This document shows positions 52,423-61,609 of a stretch of 64,000 nucleotides of DNA, in pieces. Under the pieces are notes generated by a model, which worked only from the letters and a program-made list of their open reading frames with translations, had not been told where the DNA came from and made no database searches. The DNA comes from Xanthobacteraceae bacterium. Its GTDB lineage: Bacteria > Pseudomonadota > Alphaproteobacteria > Rhizobiales > Xanthobacteraceae. The number at the start of each line of letters is the position of its first letter. Positions within the stretch are counted from its first letter, which is position 1. The position numbers were made by a program, and so were the translations under genes. The DNA lies in the NCBI GenBank assembly GCA_049584715.1, contig JBAUYI010000342.1, forward strand, positions 2,262-66,261, read 5' to 3'.

Positions 52423-52453
52423 CAAGCGCTCTAACCAACTGAGCTACAGCTGC
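52377..52453 (-). tRNA. tRNA-His (anticodon GTG), 77 nt with encoded CCA
   Basis: Hand-folded cloverleaf: acceptor GCAGCTG/CAGCTGT, D stem GCTC/GAGC, anticodon stem CTTGA/TCAAG with loop CTGTGGA, T stem GGTGG/CCACC, A73, CCA. Confidence 0.9.
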
Positions 52454-52544
52454 ACGGGCTCGCGGTCGGCAAGCGGGCGGAACCTATGGGCAATGCCGTA
52501 TTTTGGCAAGGCTGAAGGTCAGGCCGGCAAGTGCAGCTCTCAAG

Positions 52545-52570
52545 CAAAAGCCCGGGCACAAACCCGGGCT
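52545..52570 (-). terminator. Rho-independent terminator after the phasin gene
   Basis: Minus strand reads AGCCCGGG-tttgtg-CCCGGGCT followed by TTTTGCTT. Confidence 0.7.
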
Positions 52571-52609
52571 TCCCCTCACCATAACGCTTTGGAATTAAGG
52601 GCGCCAGAC

Positions 52610-53107
52610 TTAAGCAGCGACCTTGCTGAACGCCTTGTTCATGCCGCTCTTGATCGGCTCGGCGGTCTCGGTGGCGACCTTTTGCGCCAGCGCGCCGAGC
52701 TCCTTGCTCTGTGCCGTGAGCGCCTCGAACTGCTTGCGCGCATGCGCGCTCGACAGCTCGATCACTTCGGAGAGCGACTTCGCGGTGATCAATTCGCCGT
52801 AAAAATCGAAGGCGGCGTTGGTGTTGACGCGCGTCGCCTCGATGACCTTGAGGCCGTAATCGGCGGCGCCCTTGCTGGCGGTCGAATAGGTGGTCTCAAG
52901 CACGTCGGTCGCCTCTTCGGCGGCGACCTTCATCTTCTCGTAGGTGTCCTTGGCCTGCGCCACGCCGCGCTCCGCAAATTCGCGGAAAGCAGCCGGCATC
53001 TCGACCTTCGGGATGTCGAACTTGGGCATTTCGAATTTGGGCATTTCGAACGCGCCCGTCACGGGCTTGCTCGTCTTCGCTTTGGGGGCTGTGGTGGCTT
53101 CGACCAT
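52610..53107 (-). CDS. phasin family protein (PHA granule-associated)
   Basis: Starts MVEATTAP. The Phasin_2-like helical region is FREFAERGVAQAKDTYEKMK...NTNAAFDF. The N-terminus has EMPKF/EMPKF/DIPKV repeats. Confidence 0.8.
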   Translation of the reverse strand: MVEATTAPKAKTSKPVTGAFEMPKFEMPKFDIPKVEMPAAFREFAERGVAQAKDTYEKMKVAAEEATDVLETTYSTASKGAADYGLKVIEATRVNTNAAFDFYGELITAKSLSEVIELSSAHARKQFEALTAQSKELGALAQKVATETAEPIKSGMNKAFSKVAA

Positions 53108-53229
53108 GATCGGTGTCCTTAAACGCTTGTTGTTGTGCGAAGCCTCAATCCGCTTCGCTGCTGATCCCGCGGCTGAACGCTGAACATTTCCAAGCCCGCG
53201 GCTTCCAGAACCTATATAGCATGTTTTTG

Positions 53230-53260
53230 GTGCAACGCAACAGAATATATTGCATTGCAC
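53230..53260. promoter_or_regulatory. imperfect inverted repeat in the phasin upstream region (candidate PhaR-type operator)
   Basis: GTGCAACGCAA-N9-TTGCATTGCAC (10/11 complementary) lies in an AT-rich gap ~125 nt upstream of the phasin ATG. Confidence 0.3.
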
Positions 53261-53336
53261 AAATATTTTAAGGGATTGAAATATTGGAACTTTTCTCGCC
53301 GATGCGAAAATTCTGGCGAAAATTCCTGCTGCGCAA

Positions 53337-53720
53337 TCAGGTCTTAGGTTTGGCGGCTTCCATCGCCATTTTGGCGGCACTTTGGCTAAGATCCTGAACC
53401 TGGGCCGAAATTGTCTGCATCTGACGGGACAGATATTCCGATTGCAGCCCCATCAGCTCGGCGGCGTCCTTGGCGCGCATGAGCTTTTGCGCGAAATCGA
53501 AGGTCGCCGCCACGTTCTGCTCGGCATAGGTCATCGACTTCTGGGCGATCTCCTGGGCCCCGCTGCGTGCCAGCTGGGCCTGCCCTTGGAACTGCCCCAT
53601 GGCCTGGTTGGCCGCCTGGAGGAAACCGTCAAAGGCCTGGCGGGCCTGGGCCACACTCTGCTCAGCGAAGCTGCGCATCTCGTTCGGGATTGCAAATTGC
53701 TCGAAGGGATCCTTGGCCAT
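53337..53720 (-). CDS. phasin family protein (second copy)
   Basis: 127 aa. FAEQSVAQARQAFDGF...NVAATFDFAQKL resembles the neighbouring phasin. Confidence 0.8.
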   Translation of the reverse strand: MAKDPFEQFAIPNEMRSFAEQSVAQARQAFDGFLQAANQAMGQFQGQAQLARSGAQEIAQKSMTYAEQNVAATFDFAQKLMRAKDAAELMGLQSEYLSRQMQTISAQVQDLSQSAAKMAMEAAKPKT

Positions 53721-53919
53721 GGTGTGCTCCGCAAAAGGGCCGGCGGCTTGATCCTACCGTAATTTCGCCTCGGACATGCAAGGCCCAAAATGGCGCAGCT
53801 ACGCCCTCGGCACGGCGATTAAGGTTATCCTGCCAAGGCCCGCGGCGGAGGGCTTCCCGCCATGGACGCCGCAGCGGCCCGGCCCTATTAAGAATTCCTT
53901 AGGCAACGAGTTCCGTCGC

Positions 53920-56541
53920 ATGACGTTTGTAGAGTCAGAGCTCGCCCTATTGCGTGATCCGCGACTTGCGGCGCTGGCGACGAGCCCATGGCCCGTGTGG
54001 CTGTGGAGCACCGATGCCTCGCGGATCCTCTGGGCGAATGCGGCCGGCGCGGCGCTGTTTGGCGCCGCCGATACGCGCGAATGCGTGCAGCGCCGCTTCG
54101 ACACCAACAACCCGGCCGTCGCACAAATCATCCGCCTCGCCGCCACCTTGCCGTCGGCCGGCCCGCCGCGCCTCGAACGCTTGCGCGGTTTTGGGCTTGG
54201 CTTCGGCCGCGCGCTCACTTGTGCCTGCTCGCGCCTCGTTCTGACGGACGGCAAAGCCGCGGTCCTGATTGCGGCGACCGAGCCGGCAGGACCGGCGCTG
54301 TCGCTCGCCGACCGTGTCCGCCGCCTGTTCGGAGATGAAGAACCGCTCGCCGTCTTCGCGGCCGATGGCGCGCTGATTCACGCCACGGCAGCAGCGCGCG
54401 CCCAGCTTGGCGGAGCAAATTCCTTGTCCGCGCTCGGCATCCTCGAATCCAATTTGCAACGGCTCGGCGATGGACCGACGCGCGTGCTGGTGCTCAGCTT
54501 GCCGCAGCCGCAAGCTGCGCATATCGAAGCGGCAGATGTGAAGCCGAGCGCGACCGTAGTTCCGTCAGCTCCGCCTGAAGCGTCGGTAGCAGCGCCGACG
54601 GCGCCGCAAACCGCTTCGCCTGCCGAGCCGATCGTCGAACGGCGCCACCCGTTGCGCTTCGTCTGGCAGATGGATGCCGACGGCCGCTTCGTCGTCGGCT
54701 CCGATGAATTCATCGAACTGGTCGGACCGAAAACTACGGCGGCGTTCGGCCGCACCTGGAACGAGATCTCAGCCGCGCTGAGACTCGATCCGGACAATCA
54801 GATCGCGCGTGCGGTGTCGAGCCACGAGACCTGGAGCGGCATCGTCATTCCCTGGCCGGTCGATGAAACCAGCGACCGGCTGCCGGTCGAGCTGTCGGGC
54901 CTGCCGGTGTTCGATCGCGACCGCAGCTTTCGCGGCTATCGCGGTTTTGGCGTCTGTCGCGACATTGCCCGCATCAACCAATTGGCGCGCGCGCGCCGCG
55001 AACGGCCGATCGGCTTCATGCCGGCGCCGGAAACCGATGACACCGCACCTTTGGCACCGCAAAGCCCCGCGGCAGCCGAAGCAGCAAAGCCGCCCGAGCG
55101 CGCGGCGCAAACGATGGCGCCGGCTGCGGCCAATGTGGTGCCGTTTCGTCAGGCGCCGCCCGTGGAACCGAAAGCGCCGACGCTCAGTCCGGTAGAGCGC
55201 AGGGCGTTCCGCGAACTGGCGCAGGAATTGAACGCACGCCTGCGCGGCACGCCGGAGTCGCGCGCTGCCGCCGAGCCCGGTGTCGAAGGCGCGTTGGCCG
55301 AAGCGCCGAAGCCGCCGGACCAAGCCGCCGAATCCGCGGCCTCATTGTCCTCATCCGAGGTGCCGCCGCTGCGTGCGGATGCACCCGAGAGCCCTGTTGC
55401 GGCAGAAGCGGTCGCCGCCGTAGCGCCGCCGGCCGCCGTCATCGATCCATCGCTGCTCGACCGTTTTCCGATCGGCGTGCTGGTTTACCGGCACGATGCG
55501 CTGCTCTACGCCAATCGCCATTTCCTCGAAACGACCGGCTACGACAATCTCACGGCGCTCGAAGCCGCCGGCGGCTTGAATTCCTTGTTCGTCGAGCGCG
55601 GTGCCGATGCGCTTGCGGAAAGCACCGGCACGCAGGCGCTGTCGATCATGACGGGCCGCGGCGACACGGTTGCGGTCGACGGCCGGCTGTTCTCGGTGCC
55701 GTGGAACGGCGCCTCGGCGCTGGCGCTCATCCTGACCAACGGATTGAACGCGGTCGGCCGCCGCGCTACCGAGCTTGCGCTCGCCGCCGCCGAGACCGAG
55801 CTGCGCAACGCCAAGCGCGAAACGCAAAAGTCGGCGGCGGCCAAAGCCGAGTTCCTCGCCAAGATCAGCCACGAGATTCGCACACCGCTCAACGCCATGA
55901 CCGGCTTCGCCGAGGTCATGATGGCGGAACGTTTCGGCCCGATCGGCAACGAGCGCTACCGCGATTATCTCAAGGACATCCACGGCGCCGGCGCGCAACT
56001 GGTTTCGCTGCTCAACGATATGCTCGATCTGTCCAAGGTCGAGAGCGGCAAGCTCGATCTCAGCTTCGGCAATGTCGGGGTCAACGATCTCACCCAGCAA
56101 TGCGTCGGCATCATGCAGCCGCAGGCCAACCGTGCGCGCATCATCATCCGCACTTCGCTGACGCCGGCGCTGCCGCAGGTGGTCGCCGACGAACGGTCGC
56201 TGCGCCAGATCGTGCTCAATCTTCTGGCCAACTCGATCAAGTTCACCGGGCCCGGCGGCCAGGTGATCGTGTCTACCGCGGTCTCCGACAGCAGCGAAGT
56301 GGTCCTGCGGGTGCGCGATACCGGCGTCGGCATGAGCGAGAAAGACATCGAGGCGGCGCTCGAGCCGTTCCGCCAGGTAGCGACGTCGGGCAGCTGGGGC
56401 TCCGGCGGCACCGGGCTCGCCCTGCCGCTGATCAAGGCGCTGGCCGAGGCCAACCGCGCCAACTTCCACATCAAGAGCGCGCCGAACGCCGGCACCCTGG
56501 TCGAAATCGCCTTCCCGCCAAGCCGCGTCGTCACCAATTAG
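53920..56541 (+). CDS. cytoplasmic multi-PAS sensor histidine kinase
   Basis: Starts MTFVESEL. H-box FLAKISHEIRTPLNAM, N box LLANSIKFT, G boxes DTGVGM and GTGLAL. No TM helix or receiver domain. Confidence 0.85.
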   Translation: MTFVESELALLRDPRLAALATSPWPVWLWSTDASRILWANAAGAALFGAADTRECVQRRFDTNNPAVAQIIRLAATLPSAGPPRLERLRGFGLGFGRALTCACSRLVLTDGKAAVLIAATEPAGPALSLADRVRRLFGDEEPLAVFAADGALIHATAAARAQLGGANSLSALGILESNLQRLGDGPTRVLVLSLPQPQAAHIEAADVKPSATVVPSAPPEASVAAPTAPQTASPAEPIVERRHPLRFVWQMDADGRFVVGSDEFIELVGPKTTAAFGRTWNEISAALRLDPDNQIARAVSSHETWSGIVIPWPVDETSDRLPVELSGLPVFDRDRSFRGYRGFGVCRDIARINQLARARRERPIGFMPAPETDDTAPLAPQSPAAAEAAKPPERAAQTMAPAAANVVPFRQAPPVEPKAPTLSPVERRAFRELAQELNARLRGTPESRAAAEPGVEGALAEAPKPPDQAAESAASLSSSEVPPLRADAPESPVAAEAVAAVAPPAAVIDPSLLDRFPIGVLVYRHDALLYANRHFLETTGYDNLTALEAAGGLNSLFVERGADALAESTGTQALSIMTGRGDTVAVDGRLFSVPWNGASALALILTNGLNAVGRRATELALAAAETELRNAKRETQKSAAAKAEFLAKISHEIRTPLNAMTGFAEVMMAERFGPIGNERYRDYLKDIHGAGAQLVSLLNDMLDLSKVESGKLDLSFGNVGVNDLTQQCVGIMQPQANRARIIIRTSLTPALPQVVADERSLRQIVLNLLANSIKFTGPGGQVIVSTAVSDSSEVVLRVRDTGVGMSEKDIEAALEPFRQVATSGSWGSGGTGLALPLIKALAEANRANFHIKSAPNAGTLVEIAFPPSRVVTN

Positions 56542-56664
56542 CCGGCAGGCGGCCGAAAGCTATCCACCGGCCGTCATCCGATGGTACCGGTGCCGCGGAA
56601 TCGGCTAGACTTGCCCGGTCGAGGCTTGCGCCCGGCTGGGCGGCAACCTCGGTGAGGTGTGATC

Positions 56665-57414
56665 ATGCGCCCGATCAGAACCTTCCTGACGTCGCTCGTC
56701 GCGGCCGCCATCTTTGTTCCCGTGGCGGCACGCGCTGCCGAAGACGTCGACCTGCTTCTGGTGCTGGCCGTCGACGTATCGCGCAGCATCGACGCCGCCA
56801 AATTCCAGCTGCAGCGCGAGGGTTACGCCGCCGCGGTCGCCGATCCGCACGTGCTTGAAGCCATCAGCACCGGCCGCACCGGCCGCATCGGCTTGACCTT
56901 CGTGGAATGGTCCGGCGTCGGCGCCCAGAAAGTAGTGATCGACTGGACCACGATCGGCGGCGCAGATTCGGCAAAAGGTTTTGGCGACCGCCTCCTGGAA
57001 GCGCCGCGCTCGTTCGCCGACCGCACCTCGATCTCGGGCGCGATCGAATTCGCCATGGGACAGCTCGACAAAGCGCCCTATGAGGCGGCGCGCCGCACCA
57101 TCGACGTCTCCGGCGACGGCACCAACAATGCCGGCCGCGACGTCGCCATGCTGCGCGACGAGGCCGTGGCCAAAGGCATCACCATCAACGGCCTGGTTAT
57201 CCTCAGCGACAATCCGATGTCGTGGAATCCCGACCACACCAATCCGCCGGGTGGTCTCGCCAATTATTATCGCAACAACGTGGTCGGCGGCCCGAGCGCC
57301 TTCGTCATGGTGGCGGAAAACTTCAACTCGTTCGGGCAGGCCATCATCAAAAAAATGATCGCCGAGGTGGCGCAGGCGCATGAGCCCCGGCCGCTTCGGG
57401 CCGCCGCCCGTTAA
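56665..57414 (+). CDS. DUF1194 (vWA-like) secreted protein
   Basis: Signal peptide, then LLLVLAVDVSRSID...VEWSG...DVSGDGTNN. Confidence 0.8.
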   Translation: MRPIRTFLTSLVAAAIFVPVAARAAEDVDLLLVLAVDVSRSIDAAKFQLQREGYAAAVADPHVLEAISTGRTGRIGLTFVEWSGVGAQKVVIDWTTIGGADSAKGFGDRLLEAPRSFADRTSISGAIEFAMGQLDKAPYEAARRTIDVSGDGTNNAGRDVAMLRDEAVAKGITINGLVILSDNPMSWNPDHTNPPGGLANYYRNNVVGGPSAFVMVAENFNSFGQAIIKKMIAEVAQAHEPRPLRAAAR

Positions 57415-57592
57415 GCGCGGGTCGGCTCGGAGCCAACCTCGAGCGATCCGGCGCCGCGGCTATTTTTTGTTTTAAATCCAGCATTTGGGCGTGGTTTGCG
57501 GTGGCACCGGCCACGAAAGCGACACAGATGTCGAGCACGTTTGCAGCGTACCGGCCGCCCGGTATATTTCTACAGTTCTTGCAACATCGGAT

Positions 57593-59530
57593 ATGCGTCC
57601 TTTGCCCGTGGCTACCGGCTTGAAACGCCTCGCCATCGCCGCTGCCGCCATGGTCGCGGTGGCGTTCGTCACCCTGATTGCGCTGTCGTTTCTCATGCCC
57701 GCCGCGGTGGTGCGCGATGCGGTCGCCAAACAAATCCAGGCTGTCACCGGACTCGATCCGATCCTGCGCGGCGACGTTTCGGTGTCGCTGTTCCCGTCCG
57801 GAACCGTGACCTTCCGTAACGTGCTGCTCGGCGACGACCGCACCGGCGAGCCGGCCGTGGTCACCGATGAGCTGACCGCGCGGCTGCGCTATTTCCCGCT
57901 GCTGGCCGGGCGGATCGAAATCGCCGACGTGACGCTGGTGCGGCCGACGATCACCGTCACCTTCATGCCCGATGGCCTATCGAACTGGTCCGGGCTGATC
58001 GGCTCGCTTGCCCGCGCGCTCGCGCCCAATCCCGACCGTGCCGCGTCATTTTCGGAAATCGGCATCAACGACGGCACCATCGTCGTCCGTGACACCGAGA
58101 AGGGTTACATCGAGCGGCTCGACAATGTGGAATTCCAGATCGCCTGGCCGTCGATCTCGCGTAGTTTCGGCGCCAACGGCCGTCTGGTCTGGCATGGCGA
58201 ACCGGTCGAGGCGAGCCTTACGCTCACCGATTTTCTCGCGGCGCTGTCGGGCCAGCGCTCCGGCGTCAAGGTGCGGCTCGCGGGCGCGCCGCTCAAGCTC
58301 GCCTTTGATGGCGCGGCGAGCGCGCAGCCGATGCTCAAGCTCGACGGCACTTTGGGTGTCGATGCGCCGTCGCTGCGCGACGCCTTGCGCTGGACCGGCA
58401 AGAGCAAAGTGCCGTTCGGCGGTTTCGGCCGTTTCGCCTTGCGGGCGCAGAGCACGATCGGCGACGGGGTGATCTCGCTCGCCAACGTCAATGTCGAGCT
58501 CGACGGCAACACCGCCGAAGGCGTGCTGACGCTCTCGACCGGCGATCATCGCATGGTCCAGGGCACGCTGGCGGCCGATGCGCTGGATCTGACGCCCTAT
58601 GTCACCGGCATGCGGTTGCTGGCCACCAACGAGAGCAATTGGGATCAACTGCCGATCGTGCTGGATGGTCTTGCCGATATGAACCTCGACCTGCGGCTCT
58701 CGGCGGCGAGCATCAAGATCGCCAACGCGCAATTGGGCCGCACCGCGGTCGCGGCGAATATGCGCGACGGCAAGCTCGACGTGACGATCGGTGAATCGCA
58801 AGCCTACGGCGGGGTCGTGAAGGGCGCCGTCGGTATCGCCAGTGCCAATGGCGGTGCCGAGGCGATGACGCACCTGCAATTCGTCGACGTCGATCTGGAA
58901 AGCTGCCTCGGCCAGGTGTTCGGCATTCAGAAAGTCGCCGGCCGCGGCAACCTGATGCTCAACATCGACAGCGCGGGCGATTCCGTGCTGGCGATGACCA
59001 ATACGCTCAACGGCACCGCCAGCCTCACGGCCCATAACGGCGCGCTGGTCGGCCTCAATGTCGAGCAATTGCTGCGGCGTCTCGAGCGCCGGCCGCTCTC
59101 CGGCAACGGCGACTTCCGCTCCGGGCGCACGCCGTTCGACCAGCTGGTGCTGAATCTGGCGATCGATCACGGCGTGGTGGCGGTCCAGGACATGCACATT
59201 GATGGGCCGGCGGTGCGGCTCGCGGTCGGCGGCCAGGCGTCGGTGCCGATGCGCGATCTCGACCTTAAAGGCACCGCGACGCTGATCTCGAGCGCCACCA
59301 CCACCGAGTTCGAGTTGCCGTTCGTGGTGCAGGGCCGCTGGGACGACCCGATCATGCTGCCCGATCCGCAGAGCCTGATCCGCCATTCGGGGGCGGCCGC
59401 GCCCTTGCTTGATGCCGTCAAGGGCCGCACCGCGGGCGAGGCGGTCCGCTCGGTGATCGACCAGCTGATGGCGCAGCCGCCGGCGGCGCCTGCCGCCGAG
59501 CCGGCTGCCGCTCCTGCGCCGCCCAAATAA
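57593..59530 (+). CDS. AsmA-family outer-membrane biogenesis protein
   Basis: Starts MRPLPVATGLKRL with an N-terminal anchor, followed by a long beta-rich repetitive body and a C-terminal Ala/Pro tail. Confidence 0.75.
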   Translation: MRPLPVATGLKRLAIAAAAMVAVAFVTLIALSFLMPAAVVRDAVAKQIQAVTGLDPILRGDVSVSLFPSGTVTFRNVLLGDDRTGEPAVVTDELTARLRYFPLLAGRIEIADVTLVRPTITVTFMPDGLSNWSGLIGSLARALAPNPDRAASFSEIGINDGTIVVRDTEKGYIERLDNVEFQIAWPSISRSFGANGRLVWHGEPVEASLTLTDFLAALSGQRSGVKVRLAGAPLKLAFDGAASAQPMLKLDGTLGVDAPSLRDALRWTGKSKVPFGGFGRFALRAQSTIGDGVISLANVNVELDGNTAEGVLTLSTGDHRMVQGTLAADALDLTPYVTGMRLLATNESNWDQLPIVLDGLADMNLDLRLSAASIKIANAQLGRTAVAANMRDGKLDVTIGESQAYGGVVKGAVGIASANGGAEAMTHLQFVDVDLESCLGQVFGIQKVAGRGNLMLNIDSAGDSVLAMTNTLNGTASLTAHNGALVGLNVEQLLRRLERRPLSGNGDFRSGRTPFDQLVLNLAIDHGVVAVQDMHIDGPAVRLAVGGQASVPMRDLDLKGTATLISSATTTEFELPFVVQGRWDDPIMLPDPQSLIRHSGAAAPLLDAVKGRTAGEAVRSVIDQLMAQPPAAPAAEPAAAPAPPK

Positions 59531-59614
59531 CGTGCGGGGCAGGCTTTTTCGTACGTCATGCTATGATTCCCGCGCACGAATCAGCGCGGGTTTGCCGCCC
59601 GCGATGGGCGCAAA

Positions 59615-59869
59615 ATGCTCAACCGCCTCACGCGCACTCTGGTCAAGGTGCTGGTCGCTTCGCTGATCGTCGGCACGATCCTGGCGCATTTCGGCATTTC
59701 CACCGGAGAGCTGATGAAGACCGCGGGGCTGTCGCCCGAGCGCATCGAGGAATTGGCCCGCGAAGGCTTTGCCTGGGCGCTGCCCAACCTGCTGCTCGGC
59801 TCGCTGGTGATCGTGCCGGTGTGGTTTCTGTTCTATCTGTTCCGGCCGCCGGGCGAGAGTAGGGATTGA
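59615..59869 (+). CDS. small two-TM membrane protein, hypothetical
   Basis: 84-aa ORF with hydrophobic N- and C-terminal helices. Confidence 0.5.
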   Translation: MLNRLTRTLVKVLVASLIVGTILAHFGISTGELMKTAGLSPERIEELAREGFAWALPNLLLGSLVIVPVWFLFYLFRPPGESRD

Positions 59870-59884
59870 TCCGCGGCCTCTTCG

Positions 59885-60685
59885 TTACGGCCGCGCCGGT
59901 GTTCCTCGCACTATATTGACCTTGGCCAGCAGCGAGGCGGCGATGACGGCAACGCCGACGACGCCGATCATGATGCTGCAGACCGCATTCATTTCCGGCT
60001 TCACGCCGAGGCGGACCTCGGAATAGATGCGGATCGGCAGCGTCGTCGCGCCCGGCCCGGTGGTGAAGCTCGCGATCACCAGATCGTCGAGCGACAGCGC
60101 GAAGGCGAGCATCCAGCCGGCGGCGATGGCCGGCAGGATCAGCGGCAAGGTCACGGCGCGGAACGTCTCGAGCGGCGAGGCGCCGAGGTCCATCGCGGCT
60201 TCCTCGAGGTTCATGTCGAAATCGACCAGCCGCGCCTGCACGATCACGGTGACGAAACACATCGTCATGGTGGTGTGTGCGATGGCAACAGTCCAGAAGC
60301 CGCGGTCGATCGCGACCGCCACGAACAGCAGCAGCATGGACAGGCCGGTGATGACCTCCGGCATGACCAACGGCGCATAGATCATCGAGGCAAAAAGCAG
60401 CCGGCCACGGAACCGGCCGAAACGCACCAATGCCACAGCCCCCAGTGTGCCCAGAATCGTCGCCGCGGTCGCCGAGACCAGCGCCAGGCGGATGCTGATG
60501 AAGGCGGAGTCGAGCAGCGGCGCGTCATTGATCAGCGCGGCATACCAGCGTGTCGACCAGCCGCCCCACACCGCGACCAATTGCGAGGCGTTGAACGAGA
60601 AGATCACCAGGATGGCGATCGGCAGATAAAGAAAGACGAGGCCGAGCACGATGGCGGCGAGATTGAATGCGGAGATTTTGCGCAT
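59885..60685 (-). CDS. ABC transporter permease, spermidine/putrescine PotC/PotI-like
   Basis: Starts MRKISAFNL with the EAAMDLGASPLETFRAVTLP (EAA loop). Confidence 0.8.
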   Translation of the reverse strand: MRKISAFNLAAIVLGLVFLYLPIAILVIFSFNASQLVAVWGGWSTRWYAALINDAPLLDSAFISIRLALVSATAATILGTLGAVALVRFGRFRGRLLFASMIYAPLVMPEVITGLSMLLLFVAVAIDRGFWTVAIAHTTMTMCFVTVIVQARLVDFDMNLEEAAMDLGASPLETFRAVTLPLILPAIAAGWMLAFALSLDDLVIASFTTGPGATTLPIRIYSEVRLGVKPEMNAVCSIMIGVVGVAVIAASLLAKVNIVRGTPARP

Positions 60686-60687
60686 GG

Positions 60688-61602
60688 TCAGCCACGCTCC
60701 ACGGCGCGCATGGTCTGGTGCTGGAAAATGACGATCGGCGTCACCAACAGGCCCACCAGCACGACGGCAACGGCCGCGGCGGCCGGCCAATCCTTGTTGC
60801 CGAAAAATTCCGTCCAGATGGTCTGTCCGATCATCGGCGCCTGCGAGCCGCCGAGCAGATCGGGAATGACGAATTCGCCGACCGCGGGGATGAAGCACAG
60901 CAGTGCGCCGGCCAAGACGCCAGGTGCGGACAACGGCAGCGTGACCTCCCAAAAAATCTTGCTGCGCGGGCAGCCGAGATCGGCCGCCGCTTCGAGCAGC
61001 GACTCGTCCAGCTTTTCCAGCGTCGCATAAAGCGGCAGCACCATGAACGGCAGGTAGGAGTAGACGATGCCGATATAGATGGCGGTGTCGGTGGAGAGCC
61101 AGACCGGCGGCGTGCTGACGACATGCAGCGCCATGAGCAGCTGATTGAGCGGCCCGTCATGCTGCAAAATGTTCATCCAGGCATAGATGCGGATCAGGAA
61201 CGCGGTCCAGAACGGCAGCATGACGAGCGTCATGAGCGCCGCCTGGACGCGGCGCGGCGTGCGCGTGATGCCGTATGCGATCGGATAACCGATGATCAGC
61301 AGAAGCAACGTGGAGAACGCGGCGATCTCGACGCTCTTCACCAAGGACAAAAGATAGAGCGGGTCGGAGCCGATGAGGGCGTAGTTGTCGAACGACAACG
61401 CGCCGAAGAACGCCGTAATGCCATGCCAGCCGGCCAGGAGGTCAAGGAGCGGCGTGTAGGGCGGCTGCGCCAGCGCCGGCTGCGATAGGCTGATCCGCAG
61501 CACGATCAGAAATGGCACTAGAAAAAACACCAGCAGCCAGGCGTAGGGAATCCTGACGACGAGCTTTTCTGCAAAAGATCGTTTCGGGGTCATGGCGTCC
61601 AC
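60688..61602 (-). CDS. ABC transporter permease, PotB/PotH-like
   Basis: 304 aa with the EAAADLGCPRSKIFWEVTLP EAA loop. Confidence 0.8.
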   Translation of the reverse strand: MDAMTPKRSFAEKLVVRIPYAWLLVFFLVPFLIVLRISLSQPALAQPPYTPLLDLLAGWHGITAFFGALSFDNYALIGSDPLYLLSLVKSVEIAAFSTLLLLIIGYPIAYGITRTPRRVQAALMTLVMLPFWTAFLIRIYAWMNILQHDGPLNQLLMALHVVSTPPVWLSTDTAIYIGIVYSYLPFMVLPLYATLEKLDESLLEAAADLGCPRSKIFWEVTLPLSAPGVLAGALLCFIPAVGEFVIPDLLGGSQAPMIGQTIWTEFFGNKDWPAAAAVAVVLVGLLVTPIVIFQHQTMRAVERG

Positions 61603-61609
61603 CGCAACT

